From an uncultured Gammaproteobacteria bacterium (lineage in GTDB: Bacteria; Pseudomonadota; Gammaproteobacteria; JAURND01), in contig CAVQQD010000002.1 of assembly GCA_963714975.1 (NCBI GenBank), positions 544,001 through 608,000 on the forward strand: DNA of 64,000 nt, given 5' to 3'. The notes under the pieces are model-generated. The model searched no databases. It had not been told where the DNA came from and was given only the letters and a program-made list of their open reading frames with translations. Shown piece after piece: positions 42,787-53,965 of this stretch. Position numbers and translations under genes: made by a program. Within the stretch, counting starts at the first letter, position 1. Every line of letters begins with the position of its first letter.

Positions 42787-43270
42787 GAGGCTGGGAAGGG
42801 GTTGTTTTTAAAACAAACCGCTTGCCAGAAAATGCTAAACCAATCTGCAGTTTATCACTGGCAGTTAAGTGTGGACTCTCCGGCAGAATATGCTGATATT
42901 CCTGATAAAGCTGTGCCATCATGGCTTCCATCATTCGATAGGCGGTCGCAAACTGATTATTTTTCACCTCTTTAAAGGTGACAAAGATCACGGGGTAACG
43001 GCCCTGATGTTGCATATATTCATTACCTAAGGCAGCAATCTTCGTGCCATCAAATAAACCTTGGGTGGGCTTGCCCTGGGCTTTAGCGGTCAAAAAGTAG
43101 TGCAGCATGGACAAATTTAAGGTCTTACCAAATCGGCGAGGGCGGGTGATCACAGCGACTTCAGTGGCTTTATCATCAAGGATTTCTTGAATAAATAAAC
43201 TTTTATCAACCCAATCGAGTTGTTTATCTCTAATTTTTTTAAAATCATCATACCCTAATGGTAGTTGCAT
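42779..43270 (-). pseudogene. AAA-ATPase-like / PD-(D/E)XK family protein, internally deleted
   Basis: LPLGYDDF, VDKS, TRPRRFGKTLNLSML, QGRYPVI joined directly to the typical C-terminal IGLAFSGK. Confidence 0.8.
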
Positions 43271-43412
43271 AAAAAAGCATCTCGCTAAGGGAAATTTATC
43301 TGAATTCGTAACTATTCACCGCATTGCCAAAGTTGTCAATTTTTTTATGGACTTTATTTGGTTGTTCTGTATAATTTTTTGATAAATTTCAGTCAAATAG
43401 AGTTATAAATCC

Positions 43413-44576
43413 ATGAGTGAAGAAGGAAAGAGTCCAGATAAGCGAGAAAGCAAAGATAAGGATAAGGTCGGAATTTTCTCATCTACTATCCTAAGTAGCA
43501 AAAGTATATTTTGGGCGCCTATTCAGAGAAATCTTCCCAATAATTCTTTAACTCTTTCTGGCAAAAGAAAAACTGAGGAAACAAGGGTTGTAACGGATTG
43601 GAAAAATAGGCTCGTGGAAGCGAAAGAATATAAATTCACTCAAGATGCAGATCAGCCATTAAGTCAGTTGCAGCGCAATACGGTCTATTTGAAGGTAAGT
43701 AAGGATGGTCAATTACATTACAGAGTTTTGCCCCCCCAGAAGCTTGGAAATGTGCCTGTGTCCGGCACTTTCCCTGTTTCTATAGGACAAGATTTCGATC
43801 CAAATACTTTAACAAAACAACAGCAGGATGCCATTTTAAGAACTCTCTGCGACGAGGGTCAGGCTTATATATACGAACATTTAGGTCCTAAATTTTACCA
43901 ATTCCAAGCCCAGATTCATCGACAGACAGAGGGTTTGTATTGTGAACAAGGGCGGGTTATTCAACTTGATGATATGCTACGAGCAGCTTTGGGCAGTGAG
44001 ATCCAATGTGCTTTAGTATCGTCAGATAAAACACCTGACTTGAGTCATGTGGATCTATCAGGCTGTAATATTGGATATGTGCATGTGCCGAGCCAACGTA
44101 AACTATTCTTTGTGAATAAATATCAGCAAGAGCTGGTTGAGGTAGAACTGAAAGGCGCCAGAGATCAACAATTTCTTGATCTGATGCAGCTAGCTCAAGA
44201 GTACAAATCAATACGATTAACCAACAATCAGCTATCTAAGCTGGCCGAGATTCACCCCATGTTTCTGACCTATATTGAAAGAATTTTGGAAAATAGAAAA
44301 AAACATCTGGATTTTTATCATACGGAACTAGGTTTGCTGTGTTTGCTTAGTCCGATGGCTATGATTGGGGGAGCTTCCCTGACTGGAATTGGCAAGGCGA
44401 GAATTTTGGATCCGACTTATCTGAAATTAATGTACGCAGGAATAGGGATTCTTGTGCTGGGTGTAGTACTGTTCGCAATAACCAACTATGTGGACAACAA
44501 GAGGGTAGCCTTGGAACCCTGGTCTCCACTTGCCCCACTTACGAATTCTGAAATCCAAGGGGGGCGTAGCTATTGA
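43413..44576 (+). CDS. Hypothetical protein, two C-terminal TM helices; paralog A (candidate effector)
   Basis: 387-aa ORF colinear with the downstream ORF. Confidence 0.8.
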   Translation: MSEEGKSPDKRESKDKDKVGIFSSTILSSKSIFWAPIQRNLPNNSLTLSGKRKTEETRVVTDWKNRLVEAKEYKFTQDADQPLSQLQRNTVYLKVSKDGQLHYRVLPPQKLGNVPVSGTFPVSIGQDFDPNTLTKQQQDAILRTLCDEGQAYIYEHLGPKFYQFQAQIHRQTEGLYCEQGRVIQLDDMLRAALGSEIQCALVSSDKTPDLSHVDLSGCNIGYVHVPSQRKLFFVNKYQQELVEVELKGARDQQFLDLMQLAQEYKSIRLTNNQLSKLAEIHPMFLTYIERILENRKKHLDFYHTELGLLCLLSPMAMIGGASLTGIGKARILDPTYLKLMYAGIGILVLGVVLFAITNYVDNKRVALEPWSPLAPLTNSEIQGGRSY

Positions 44577-44647
44577 TCGCCATCTGTCCGCGAATAAAAG
44601 ACGCTTTATGAATTTTAGAATTTTATTAACCAAGAGAGGAAAAGATT

Positions 44648-45901
44648 ATGGGTGATGAACTAAAGGAAAATACACTAGAAGCCAAAATAAATGCGCACAA
44701 TGATGTTGGAATTGCGTCATCCCCAAGCGTATGCAACAAAAATATGTTTTGGACATCTGTTCAGCAACAAGGTATCGATCCTGAGATATCTCTTTCTGGC
44801 GAAAGAAAACAGGAGGAAGAAAGCATTCTGAGAGCATGGAACGGTATGCTTGTGGAAGCGAAAGAATATAAATTGGTTCAAGATACTAATCAACCAGCAA
44901 GTCAATTGCAGCGCAATACGGCCTATTTACAAGGGGAAAATAAGGAGGGTCAATTACATTATAGGGCTTTAAACCCCCGGAAACTTGAGAATGAGGTGGT
45001 GTCTGGTACTTTATCTATTCCTATAGAAGGAGATTGCAATCCGGATAAGTTAAGTGACCAATACAAAGCTTACATTTTAAAAACCCTGTGCAATGCGGGT
45101 CATGCTTATGTATACGAATATTTAGGTCCTAAATTTCCGAAATTTCAAACCAGAATTCATGAGCAGACACGTGGTTTGTATGCTGAAGAATGGAGTGCTA
45201 TCCAACTTGAAAACAGGCTAGGAGAAGCTTTAGGCCTTAACAACCGATGTGCCTTGGCATCATTACCATTATCTCAGTCTGTTTCCTCGACAAACTCGAA
45301 TTATTTGCAGTCAGGACCTGGGTGGCCGCCATCTGTTGTGGAAGGTGTTAATCTATCAGGCTGTAACATCGGCTATGTGCATTCGCCAAAGCAGAGCAAG
45401 CTTTACTTTGTGAATAAAAGCAAGAAACTGATCATTGATCTAGCCTTGGATGAAGCTACCTATCAAGGGTTTGTTAAGCAAATGCGCCCACCCGAAGAAA
45501 AAACAATAATATTAAATCCACAGCAACTATCGCAGCTAGCCAAAATTACCAAGCACCGCATTTTCCTGGAGTATATCGAAACAATCTTGGACAATAGAAA
45601 GAAACAGCGGGATGGTTATAATTCGGAGCTGAGCTTCCTGTGTATCGTTGGCCCGCTGGCGCTGGTTGGAGGAGGTTTCATGACTGGAATTGGTGGGGCA
45701 AAAGTGTTGGACTCCTCGGCTGATTTAAAAGTAATGTACGCAGGAATCGGACTTCTTGCGCTGAGCGTAGTACTGTTCGCAATAACCAACTATGTGGACA
45801 ACAAGAGAATAGCCTTGGAACCCTGGTCTCCACTTGCCCCGCTCACGGATTCTGAAATACAAGGGGGGCGTAACTATTTCTCGTCGTCTTCCCAGACATA
45901 A
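44648..45901 (+). CDS. Hypothetical protein, two C-terminal TM helices; paralog B (candidate effector)
   Basis: Shares LVEAKEYK, SQLQRNT, LSGCNIGYVH and VLFAITNYVDNKR.ALEPWSPLAPLT with paralog A. Confidence 0.8.
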   Translation: MGDELKENTLEAKINAHNDVGIASSPSVCNKNMFWTSVQQQGIDPEISLSGERKQEEESILRAWNGMLVEAKEYKLVQDTNQPASQLQRNTAYLQGENKEGQLHYRALNPRKLENEVVSGTLSIPIEGDCNPDKLSDQYKAYILKTLCNAGHAYVYEYLGPKFPKFQTRIHEQTRGLYAEEWSAIQLENRLGEALGLNNRCALASLPLSQSVSSTNSNYLQSGPGWPPSVVEGVNLSGCNIGYVHSPKQSKLYFVNKSKKLIIDLALDEATYQGFVKQMRPPEEKTIILNPQQLSQLAKITKHRIFLEYIETILDNRKKQRDGYNSELSFLCIVGPLALVGGGFMTGIGGAKVLDSSADLKVMYAGIGLLALSVVLFAITNYVDNKRIALEPWSPLAPLTDSEIQGGRNYFSSSSQT

Positions 45902-45931
45902 ATTCCGTAAGTCAGGGACTCTAGCAAATCG

Positions 45932-45960
45932 TTGACGGCTATGCCATAAGACGCTATCCT
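45932..45960 (+). promoter_or_regulatory. Putative sigma70 promoter of infC-rpmI-rplT
   Basis: TTGACG-17-TATCCT, 30 nt upstream of the infC start. Confidence 0.65.
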
Positions 45961-45990
45961 TACGCACCAGTTCATACGGAGGAAAGGGAA

Positions 45991-46506
45991 ATTACAGTTA
46001 AAAAAACACGAATTAATTATGAAATCACTGCCCCTGAGGTGTTTTTAATTAGTGCAGAAGGTGAAAAGATCGGTGCAGTAAAAATTCGGCAAGCCTTAGA
46101 GCGTGCAGAAGCCAGTGGTTTAGACTTAGTTGAAATCTCACCGCAAGCACAACCCCCAGTCTGTCGGGTCATGGATTTTGGCAAGTATCGTTTTGAGCAA
46201 AATAAGAAACTAGCTAAACAAAAGAAAAAACAAAAACAAGTACAAATTAAGGAAATCAAGCTGCGTCCTGCCACCGACCTGGGTGATTACCAAGTCAAAA
46301 TTCGCAATGCCAGGCGCTTTTTGGAAGAGGGCGATAAAGTTAAATTTACTGTGCGCTTTCGTGGGCGGGAACTGTCTTATCCCCAGCTGGGAATGGATTT
46401 ATTAAAACGGATCGAAAAAGATTTAGAAGATATATCAGCGGTTGAGCAATTGGCCAAGATGGAAGGTAAACAAGCAGTGATGGTCATTGGCCCAAAGAAA
46501 AAGTAA
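45991..46506 (+). CDS. infC: Translation initiation factor IF-3 (ATT start codon)
   Basis: GGAGG at 45978-45982 and in-frame ATT at 45991; RINYEI, LDLVEISP, PPVCRVMDFGK, KEIKLRP, FRGRE. Confidence 0.96.
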   Translation: MTVKKTRINYEITAPEVFLISAEGEKIGAVKIRQALERAEASGLDLVEISPQAQPPVCRVMDFGKYRFEQNKKLAKQKKKQKQVQIKEIKLRPATDLGDYQVKIRNARRFLEEGDKVKFTVRFRGRELSYPQLGMDLLKRIEKDLEDISAVEQLAKMEGKQAVMVIGPKKK

Positions 46507-46524
46507 GTTACTAGGAGTTGAAGA

Positions 46525-46722
46525 ATGCCTAAAATGAAATCAAATCGGAGTGCGGCAAAACGATTTAAGCCGACTGGCGCTGGTGGTCTTAAGCACAGAT
46601 CAGCTTCTCGTAATCATATCTTGACTAAAAAGAGAATGAAGCGAAAACGCCATTTGCGGGGTATGGCGATGGTCCATGAAAGTGATTTAAGATCCATCAA
46701 ACGTTTATTAAATATTCAGTAA
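46525..46722 (+). CDS. rpmI: 50S ribosomal protein L35
   Basis: [20 protein letters not shown]. Confidence 0.97.
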   Translation: MPKMKSNRSAAKRFKPTGAGGLKHRSASRNHILTKKRMKRKRHLRGMAMVHESDLRSIKRLLNIQ

Positions 46723-46754
46723 TAATCTAACCATTGAACATATAGGGTATCTCT

Positions 46755-47120
46755 ATGCCAAGAGTAAAACGTGGGGTGCAAGCTAGAGCACGTCATAAAA
46801 AGATATTAAAGCTAACTAAAGGTCATTATGGGGCGCGAAGTCGGGTATTTCGGGTAGCGAAGCAATCTGCTATTAAAGCAGGGCAATACGCTTATCGTGA
46901 TCGTCGGCAGCGCAAGCGGGTGTTTCGGGCTTTGTGGATTGTCCGCATTAATGCGGCTGCGCGTGAGGTTGGCTTGTCGTACAGTCGTTTCATGGACGGG
47001 TTGAAAAAGGCCAATATATTAATTGACCGTAAGGTATTAGCCGATATGGCAATTTTTAATAAACCGGCATTTTTGGCAATAGCTGAGCAAGCAAAGCAAG
47101 TGTTAATCCCTTCTCCCTAA
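46755..47120 (+). CDS. rplT: 50S ribosomal protein L20
   Basis: [34 protein letters not shown]. Confidence 0.98.
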   Translation: MPRVKRGVQARARHKKILKLTKGHYGARSRVFRVAKQSAIKAGQYAYRDRRQRKRVFRALWIVRINAAAREVGLSYSRFMDGLKKANILIDRKVLADMAIFNKPAFLAIAEQAKQVLIPSP

Positions 47121-47346
47121 CTTTCTAAAACTCTCTTCTGCATTATTCCTTCTCCCCTTGTGGGAGAAGGTGCCGAAGGCGGATGAGGAGTGGTCTCCCC
47201 TTCATCCCGAGGAGCTTGCGACGAGGGATCTCCATGCCAGTTGCAGGAGATCCCTCGCTTCGCTCGGGATGACGAGGAGCTCGGGATGACGAGGAGCCCC
47301 CTCATCCCGGCCTGCGGCCATCTCCCATGAGGGAAGAAGGAGTAAT
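47106..47346. repeat. Nested mosaic: family A doublet inside a family B doublet
   Basis: B arm ~47141-47190, A doublet ~47202-47297 with a 17-bp tail unit x2, B arm ~47298-47346. Confidence 0.9.
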
Positions 47347-47367
47347 GTGAACCTCGGGTCGATTCAA

Positions 47368-48609
47368 ATGGCAAGATTTTTAATTCACTGTCTCTTATTA
47401 TTATTTAGCTTCCCTACCTTTGCTCAGGAGCAGTTTAATCAGCCCATTCCTTTAAATGAAACAACTGCCGTCCAACAATATGTGACTTCAGAGTCTGGGA
47501 ATCCTCCGAGTCAGCCTGGTTCTTTGCCCACAGTAGGAGGAGATACCCAGGCCGCGGGAGCTGCGCCCATTAGTCCTGTTCTTGCTTCACCTACTCCGGC
47601 ACAGGCGCCACAGGTGGCGGTACCCACTGCTGTAGTTGCGCCTACTACGGTTGCTCCAAATGCACCTCTTGCTTCGACCGTCATTCCGTCTCCTTCAGCT
47701 GCGGTGGCTGCCGCTGCTGTGGCGGCTACGGCTTCCCTTCCAACGCCTGCATTGCCTGCTTCAGGTTATACGCTTTATCCTAATGCGCCGAATGGCACAC
47801 CGGTACCAGTCCAACCTCCACCTACGGATTTACCGCCACCCGTATTGCCAACCGTGCAAACTATATTACCAACCCCCTATTTACTGCCAGCCGCACAAAC
47901 TACCACGAATGCAGTATCAATTTCTGGAGAGAATATTCCTGCTAATTCCGCAGCCCAGGCTACTGGCCAACCCACCACTCCTGATTTTCTGGTGGAGCGT
48001 CCTCCTGTTCAAGAATTTGTGGGTGGACTTAATCAAAATGCTTTTGTGGCTTGTGAAAAAGCCGTTACCCAGCTTTGTACGCGTGCGCCCGATATTGCCC
48101 AGTTTCAGGTCTGTTTAAATCAATTTAGGGCCCAGCCTGGCTGTAAGCAATTCTCTACTTTTGCCTCGTTATCGGGCTTTGCTCCAGGAAGCTTTGTTGA
48201 TTTAATGCAACACTATAAAGAAGCACGCCTGACTTTACTGCACTTAAGTCGTGGGGGAGTAAATTATGCCGGTGATTATTATGCTGTTGGGGCGGATGGT
48301 AATTTTGTCAATCTCACTTCTGGACCAGAAGCCCAAGCCATTGATATCACTAAAAATGTGGCATATCCCGCCCTTGTTGAACGCTTTTCTAATGTGCAAT
48401 TATGGTCTTTGGTGGATCAACTGCCTCGAGCCAGTGTTCCCGCCAATGGTCGAGGACTAAGTTTAGTATTCCGCTTTCTAATGCTGAATGGCTGTATTAG
48501 CTGTGAACGAGTAGGTTATGCTTATGTCGCCTACGATTTTTCTGAGTTAGGCGCTTTACAAAATATGCGGCTATTGACCTTAGAAACATTGGGGACAGAA
48601 AGGGGGTAG
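47368..48609 (+). CDS. Secreted Pro/Ala/Thr-rich protein with a Cys-containing C-terminal domain
   Basis: Signal peptide ending TFA|Q; low-complexity stalk; GCISCERVGYAYVAYDF. Confidence 0.75.
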   Translation: MARFLIHCLLLLFSFPTFAQEQFNQPIPLNETTAVQQYVTSESGNPPSQPGSLPTVGGDTQAAGAAPISPVLASPTPAQAPQVAVPTAVVAPTTVAPNAPLASTVIPSPSAAVAAAAVAATASLPTPALPASGYTLYPNAPNGTPVPVQPPPTDLPPPVLPTVQTILPTPYLLPAAQTTTNAVSISGENIPANSAAQATGQPTTPDFLVERPPVQEFVGGLNQNAFVACEKAVTQLCTRAPDIAQFQVCLNQFRAQPGCKQFSTFASLSGFAPGSFVDLMQHYKEARLTLLHLSRGGVNYAGDYYAVGADGNFVNLTSGPEAQAIDITKNVAYPALVERFSNVQLWSLVDQLPRASVPANGRGLSLVFRFLMLNGCISCERVGYAYVAYDFSELGALQNMRLLTLETLGTERG

Positions 48610-48642
48610 ATTTTCCTTCTCCCACAAGGGGAGAAGGATAAT
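48610..48642. repeat. Family B element
   Basis: tccttctcccacaaggggagaagga directly after the stop codon. Confidence 0.85.
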
Positions 48643-48670
48643 AGAGCGGAAATTTTAGAATGAGGTAATC

Positions 48671-49690
48671 ATGCAGGAACAAATCACGAAAATTGTCACC
48701 ACCGCCCTTGAGCTCATTGCCGCCACCTCCACGAGTGCCGCGTTAGAACAAATTCGCACCCAAATGCTAGGTAAAAAGGGGCAATTAACTGAATTATTAA
48801 AAACGGTTGGTAGCTTACCTCCTAAACAACGTTCTGTGACTGGAGATCTCATTAATAAGGCAAAACAACAGTTGCTGACGGTTTTGCAAGAACGCAGTAA
48901 TGCATTAAGTCAATTAGCTCTGGTAGAAAAATTACGAACCGAAGCGATTGATGTCACCCTGCCAGGGCGTTCTTTTACCGGGATAGGCAGCTTCCATCCG
49001 GTCAGCCGGGTACGTGAGCGCTTGGAGCAGCTGTATCTTTCTCTGGGTTTTAAGCTAGTAGAAGGGCCTGAAATTGAAGATGATTATCATAATTTTGCCG
49101 CCTTAAATTTTCCGCCTGATCACCCCGCTCGCGCCATGCATGATACTTTTTATTTCGCGGATGGGTCTTTATTGCGAACCCATACCTCCACGGTACAAAT
49201 TCGCGCCATGGAAACTTCAGCGCTACCCTTACGAATTATTACCCCGGGCCGGGTGTATCGCTGTGATTCAGACCAGACTCATACTCCGATGTTTCATCAG
49301 TTAGAAGGGTTAGTGGTGGATGATTCATGTACCTTTGCCGATTTAAAAGGGCATCTACATGAATTTATGTTGCGATTTTTTGAAAGAGATTTAACCGTGC
49401 GTTTTCGTGCCTCGTATTTTCCTTTCACCGAACCTTCGGCAGAAATGGACGTTTCTTGCTTTTGTACCGAGCGCGAAAGTTGTCGGGTTTGTGGTGGTAC
49501 GGGATGGTTAGAAGTTTTAGGTTGTGGTATGGTGCACCCCAATGTATTAAGCATGTGTGGTATTGATGCAGAAAAATATACGGGTTTTGCTTTTGGTATC
49601 GGGATGGATCGTCTGGCTATGCTGCGTTATGGCATAGATGACTTACGCAAGTTTTTTGAAAATGATTTACGGTTCATGAATATCTTATGA
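48671..49690 (+). CDS. pheS: Phenylalanine--tRNA ligase alpha subunit
   Basis: [50 protein letters not shown]. Confidence 0.98.
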   Translation: MQEQITKIVTTALELIAATSTSAALEQIRTQMLGKKGQLTELLKTVGSLPPKQRSVTGDLINKAKQQLLTVLQERSNALSQLALVEKLRTEAIDVTLPGRSFTGIGSFHPVSRVRERLEQLYLSLGFKLVEGPEIEDDYHNFAALNFPPDHPARAMHDTFYFADGSLLRTHTSTVQIRAMETSALPLRIITPGRVYRCDSDQTHTPMFHQLEGLVVDDSCTFADLKGHLHEFMLRFFERDLTVRFRASYFPFTEPSAEMDVSCFCTERESCRVCGGTGWLEVLGCGMVHPNVLSMCGIDAEKYTGFAFGIGMDRLAMLRYGIDDLRKFFENDLRFMNIL

Positions 49691-52074
49691 AGATAAGCGA
49701 ACGTTGGCTGCGCGAATGGGTCAATCCCGCGATTAGCAGTGCACAATTAGTCGAACACCTCACCATGGCGGGTTTAGAAGTCGATGCCGCTACGCCAATG
49801 GGTTTTTGGTTAGAGAAAGTGTTGGTGGGCAAGGTGCTCAGCATAGTGCCTCATCCTGATGCCGATCGGTTACGGGTTTGTACGGTGCTGATTCATGAAG
49901 AGAATCCTCCGCTAACTATTGTCTGCGGTGCCCCCAATGTCCGGGAGGGTCTGAAAGTGGCCGTCGCGACGGTGGGGGCAGTTTTGCCCGGCAACTTCGC
50001 GATTAAGCGCGCTAAAATCCGCGGGATTGAATCGAGTGGCATGTTGTGTTCCGAGAGCGAATTAGGCATCGGTGAACCTGGGGGTGGCATTATGGAGCTG
50101 CCTGAGGAGGCTCAAGTTGGGCGAGCACTTAGTGACTTGATGCAGTTTCCTGATCAAGTGATCGATATTAGTGTCTCTCCTAATCGTGGCGATTGTCTCA
50201 GCGCTTTAGGGATTGCCCGGGAAATTGCTGCGGTGACAAAAACGGCGTTGCAGCCCTTAGCCATTGACGAATTGGCTGCAACTCATGCGGAGACTTTGCC
50301 GATCCAAGTCTTAGCGCCGCAAGATTGCCCGCGTTATTTAGGTCGGATATTACGCGGGATTAATCCCCAAGCCGTGACGCCGTTTTGGTTGAAAGAGCGT
50401 TTGCGCCGTAGTGGAATTCGTAGTATTCACCCCGTGGTAGATGCCGCTAATTATGTGATGTTAGAGCTTGGGCAACCTATGCACGCCTTTGATTTAGCGA
50501 CTTTAACCGAGCACATCCAGGTGCGGCGTAGTCATCCCGGGGAGCAGGTGACCTTACTGGATGGACAAACTCTCAGCTTGCAGCATCCAGCACTTGTGAT
50601 AGCAGATGCCAGCCAAATTTTAGCGATCGCAGGGGTGATGGGAGGGGAATCTTCGGCGGTATCGGCACATACCACTGATTTATTTTTGGAAAGTGCTTTT
50701 TTTAGTCCGGCTGCAGTTCGCTCTAGCTTACGCCAATATCCCTTGCAAAGTGATTCCGCCCATCGTTATGAGCGCGGGGTAGACCCGCAATTACCTCAGC
50801 AGGCCATGTCTCGGCTGACGAGTTTATTACTAGAAATAGTCGGTGGTTCCCCAGGCCCCGTGGTGGAGGTTGCGGCGCAAGAATATTTGCCGAAACCACC
50901 TACGTTGTTGCTGCGCTTTGAGCGCATCAAGCGTGTCTTAGGAACTGCGCCAGAACAATCCAGGGTAAAAGAGATCTTGCTGAGCTTGGGGATGCAGGTC
51001 TCGTCTCACCCAGAAGGGTGGTTGGTGGTACCCCCGAGTTTTCGTTTTGATATGACAATTGAAGCCGATTTGATTGAAGAGGTGGCTCGGGTTTATGGCT
51101 ATAATCAAATTCCTGATGGAGCTATTACCGCCGCCCTCACCATGCTAGCGGTGCCTGAAAATCGGCTGACGCCCTCGCGAATTCGGCATTATTGGATTGA
51201 TCATGGTTACACGGAAGTCATTAATTACAGTTTTATCTCGCCCAAATTATCTTCGCAACTCGATCCAGAACACACGCCTCTGGCGCTTGAAAATCCTATG
51301 TCGTCTGATATGGCGGTGATGCGGACGAGTTTGTGGCCAGGGTTAATCCAAACAGCGAGTTTTAATCTCAACCGGCAGCAATCGCGACTGCGATTATTTG
51401 AGCTGGGTACTTGCTTTATCCAAGTCGGTCCACAGTGGCAGGAACAACTTAAATTAGCCGGTTTGGCCATCGGCAGTACTCAGCCTGAACAATGGGGAGT
51501 GCAGGGCCGGCTCGTGGATTTTTTTGATATCAAAGGGGATTTAACCGGATTAATTCGTTTGACAGGTGCCCAAGATCACTTTAAATTTGTCGCAGATAGC
51601 GCGGTTCCGAGCTTGCATCCTGGTTGTACGGCGAGGATTCAACGGGCAGGGAAGTGGGTGGGGCATGTGGGTCAGTTGCATCCGCTGTTGCAGCAGCAAT
51701 TGGACTTTCCCGATCCGGTATTTTTATTTGAACTATTTTTATCCGAAATAACTGCTGCCGAACTACCTCGTTACGTTTCGCCATCTAAATATCCTTCAAT
51801 TCGGCGTGACTTGGCTTTTACAGTGGATGAACAAGTTTCTTACCAGGCAATATATGCAGCCATTCAGTCGTCGGTAGCAGAGGTTCTGCGGGAAGTGAAA
51901 CTTTTTGATGTCTATCAAGGGGAAAAAATTCCTCCTGGAAAAAAGAGCATGGCAATAGGCTTGACGTTTCAAGCAAGTTCCCGCACTCTAACCGACCAAG
52001 AGGTTGATGAAATGATGCTGTCAATCATCAGCGGGCTCAAGCAAGATTTTGCTGCAATCCTGAGGGACTACTAA
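49687..52074 (+). CDS. pheT: Phenylalanine--tRNA ligase beta subunit
   Basis: [51 protein letters not shown]. Confidence 0.98.
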   Translation: MKISERWLREWVNPAISSAQLVEHLTMAGLEVDAATPMGFWLEKVLVGKVLSIVPHPDADRLRVCTVLIHEENPPLTIVCGAPNVREGLKVAVATVGAVLPGNFAIKRAKIRGIESSGMLCSESELGIGEPGGGIMELPEEAQVGRALSDLMQFPDQVIDISVSPNRGDCLSALGIAREIAAVTKTALQPLAIDELAATHAETLPIQVLAPQDCPRYLGRILRGINPQAVTPFWLKERLRRSGIRSIHPVVDAANYVMLELGQPMHAFDLATLTEHIQVRRSHPGEQVTLLDGQTLSLQHPALVIADASQILAIAGVMGGESSAVSAHTTDLFLESAFFSPAAVRSSLRQYPLQSDSAHRYERGVDPQLPQQAMSRLTSLLLEIVGGSPGPVVEVAAQEYLPKPPTLLLRFERIKRVLGTAPEQSRVKEILLSLGMQVSSHPEGWLVVPPSFRFDMTIEADLIEEVARVYGYNQIPDGAITAALTMLAVPENRLTPSRIRHYWIDHGYTEVINYSFISPKLSSQLDPEHTPLALENPMSSDMAVMRTSLWPGLIQTASFNLNRQQSRLRLFELGTCFIQVGPQWQEQLKLAGLAIGSTQPEQWGVQGRLVDFFDIKGDLTGLIRLTGAQDHFKFVADSAVPSLHPGCTARIQRAGKWVGHVGQLHPLLQQQLDFPDPVFLFELFLSEITAAELPRYVSPSKYPSIRRDLAFTVDEQVSYQAIYAAIQSSVAEVLREVKLFDVYQGEKIPPGKKSMAIGLTFQASSRTLTDQEVDEMMLSIISGLKQDFAAILRDY

Positions 52075-52077
52075 ATT

Positions 52078-52395
52078 ATGGCAATCACCAAAGCAGAATT
52101 AGTGGAATATTTATTCAAGATGATTGGCATCAATAAGCGAGAAGCCAAGGAGGTGGTTGATTCGCTCTTTGAAGAAATTTGTCTTGCCTTAGAACAAGGG
52201 GATAATGTAAAACTATCTGGTTTTGGTAATTTTATATTACGCGATAAAAAAGAGCGGCCAGGGAGAAATCCCAAAACCGGGGAAGTCGTTGTTATTGAGC
52301 CACGTCGGGTGGTCACTTTTCGTGCTGCTGGAAGATTGAAGGAGCAAGTGAGTCACTATGCAGGAAAAGAACAAGAAGACAAATCTGAGCAATAA
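52078..52395 (+). CDS. ihfA: Integration host factor alpha
   Basis: [30 protein letters not shown]; directly after pheT. Confidence 0.96.
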   Translation: MAITKAELVEYLFKMIGINKREAKEVVDSLFEEICLALEQGDNVKLSGFGNFILRDKKERPGRNPKTGEVVVIEPRRVVTFRAAGRLKEQVSHYAGKEQEDKSEQ

Positions 52396-52729
52396 TGCCC
52401 AGTTGCCTTTGATTCCAGATAAGTTATATTTTAGCATCGGTGAAGTGTCTAAACTGTGTGAGATCAAGCCCCATGTGTTGCGTTATTGGGAACAAGAATT
52501 TGAACAACTTAATCCAACCAAACGCCGCGGCAATAGACGCTATTATCAGCGTAACGATGTGATTATGGTGCGGCAAATAAAAAATTTATTGTATGAAAAG
52601 GGGTTTACGATTGAAGGAGCCCGAGTACAATTAGTGCAAACCGCTAATGCCGTTCAGACAACAGAGACTGGGTGTCTGCAGCGAGTGTTGGTTGACTTAG
52701 AAGGTTTATTGTTGTTGTTAGAAAGCTAG
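52358..52729 (+). CDS. MerR-family transcriptional regulator
   Basis: [32 protein letters not shown]; conserved position after ihfA. Confidence 0.92.
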   Translation: MQEKNKKTNLSNNAQLPLIPDKLYFSIGEVSKLCEIKPHVLRYWEQEFEQLNPTKRRGNRRYYQRNDVIMVRQIKNLLYEKGFTIEGARVQLVQTANAVQTTETGCLQRVLVDLEGLLLLLES

Positions 52730-52908
52730 ATTCCTTCTCCCCTTGTGGCAAATTCCCTCTCCCCCGCCCGAGCGTCAGCGAGGGAAGGTGGGAGAGGGTT
52801 AGGGAGAGGGGGTGGTGAAATTGGCTCTTTCCCTCATCCGGCCTGCAGCCACCTTCTCCCACAAGGGGAGAAGGAATAATGCTGAGGATTTATTAGGGGG
52901 AGAGGGAG
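52730..52908. repeat. Family B composite element
   Basis: attccttctccccttgtgg ... ccctcatccggcctgcagccaccttctcccacaaggggagaaggaat. Confidence 0.9.
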
Positions 52909-52920
52909 TTTAGTATTATT

Positions 52921-52997
52921 CGGGGCGTAGCGCAGTTTGGTAGCGCACTTGCATGGGGTGCAAGGGGTCGCAGGTTCAAATCCTGCCGTCCCGACCA
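52921..52997 (+). tRNA. tRNA-Pro (GGG)
   Basis: 77-nt cloverleaf, anticodon arm cttgc-atGGGgt-gcaag, GGTTCAAATCC T-arm, encoded CCA. Confidence 0.98.
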
Positions 52998-53014
52998 ATT
53001 CTATAGGGTTGGCA

Positions 53015-53200
53015 ATGGATTATAAATTATTAGCTATACTAGCTTGTCCAATTTGTAAAGGTAAATTAATTTATCGGAAAGAGACGGAGGAGCTGATCTG
53101 TAAATTCGATAAATTGGCTTATCCTATTTGTGATGGGATTCCAGTAATGCTGGAGGATCGAGCCCGTCAAATTTCTGAATCTGAGCACGAGGTGTTGTAA
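53015..53200 (+). CDS. ycaR: Trm112 family protein (UPF0434)
   Basis: [27 protein letters not shown]; upstream of kdsB. Confidence 0.92.
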   Translation: MDYKLLAILACPICKGKLIYRKETEELICKFDKLAYPICDGIPVMLEDRARQISESEHEVL

Positions 53201-53958
53201 TGGAGTTTAAAGTTGTTATTCCTGCTAGATATGCTTCTTCTCGATTACCAGGTAAGTTATTGATGGATATCGGGGGTAAGCCGATGATTCAACACGTCTA
53301 TGAGCGTGCTGTGGAGAGTGGTGCTGAAAGTGTGGTGATTGCTGCAGATGATACCCGCATTCGTGAAGTGGCCGAAGGTTTTGGCGCTCCAGTTTGTATG
53401 ACTTCTCCTGACCATATCAGCGGGACAGAACGCTTGGCTGAGGCCGTAGTGGCCTTAGGCTATATGGAAGACGATATTATCGTTAACTTGCAAGGCGATG
53501 AACCCTTAATCCCTTCCGTCGTGGTACGGCAAGTGGCAGAAGACTTGGTGAAATATGAAAATGCGAAAGTGGCCACGCTTTACGAGCCGATCAAAACGAT
53601 TGAAGAATTATTTAATCCTAATAATGTCAAAGTAGTGATGAATAAGCGTGGTTATGCGCTGTATTTTAGTCGTGCGCCATTACCCTGGGATCGTGCGCAA
53701 TTTCGCTTACCACCCGAAGAAAATCAAAAATTACATACCGAACACTTTCGCCATGTAGGCGTTTATGCCTATCGCGTGGGAGTTTTGCAAGAATACATGG
53801 AGTGGGGACCCTCTCCGATAGAAGAAATAGAGCATCTGGAACAGCTTCGAGTTTTATGGAATGGTGGTCGAGTGCATTTAACTCCGGCAAAAGCCGCAGT
53901 GCCTCAAGATGTAAATACCGCCGAAGATTTGGACATAGTACGAAAATTACTCGTGTAA
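53200..53958 (+). CDS. kdsB: 3-deoxy-manno-octulosonate cytidylyltransferase
   Basis: [42 protein letters not shown]. Confidence 0.97.
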   Translation: MEFKVVIPARYASSRLPGKLLMDIGGKPMIQHVYERAVESGAESVVIAADDTRIREVAEGFGAPVCMTSPDHISGTERLAEAVVALGYMEDDIIVNLQGDEPLIPSVVVRQVAEDLVKYENAKVATLYEPIKTIEELFNPNNVKVVMNKRGYALYFSRAPLPWDRAQFRLPPEENQKLHTEHFRHVGVYAYRVGVLQEYMEWGPSPIEEIEHLEQLRVLWNGGRVHLTPAKAAVPQDVNTAEDLDIVRKLLV

Positions 53959-53965
53959 AATAGCT

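Noticed and set aside
45991-45993. ATT start codon of infC as a novelty
   Set aside because: Well-established autoregulatory feature of infC
52937-53014. N-terminal extension of the Trm112-like ORF
   Set aside because: It is the tRNA-Pro sequence read in frame; the true start is ATG 53015
52921-53100. Integrative element at tRNA-Pro
   Set aside because: No integrase and no duplicated tRNA 3' end seen; housekeeping genes follow directly
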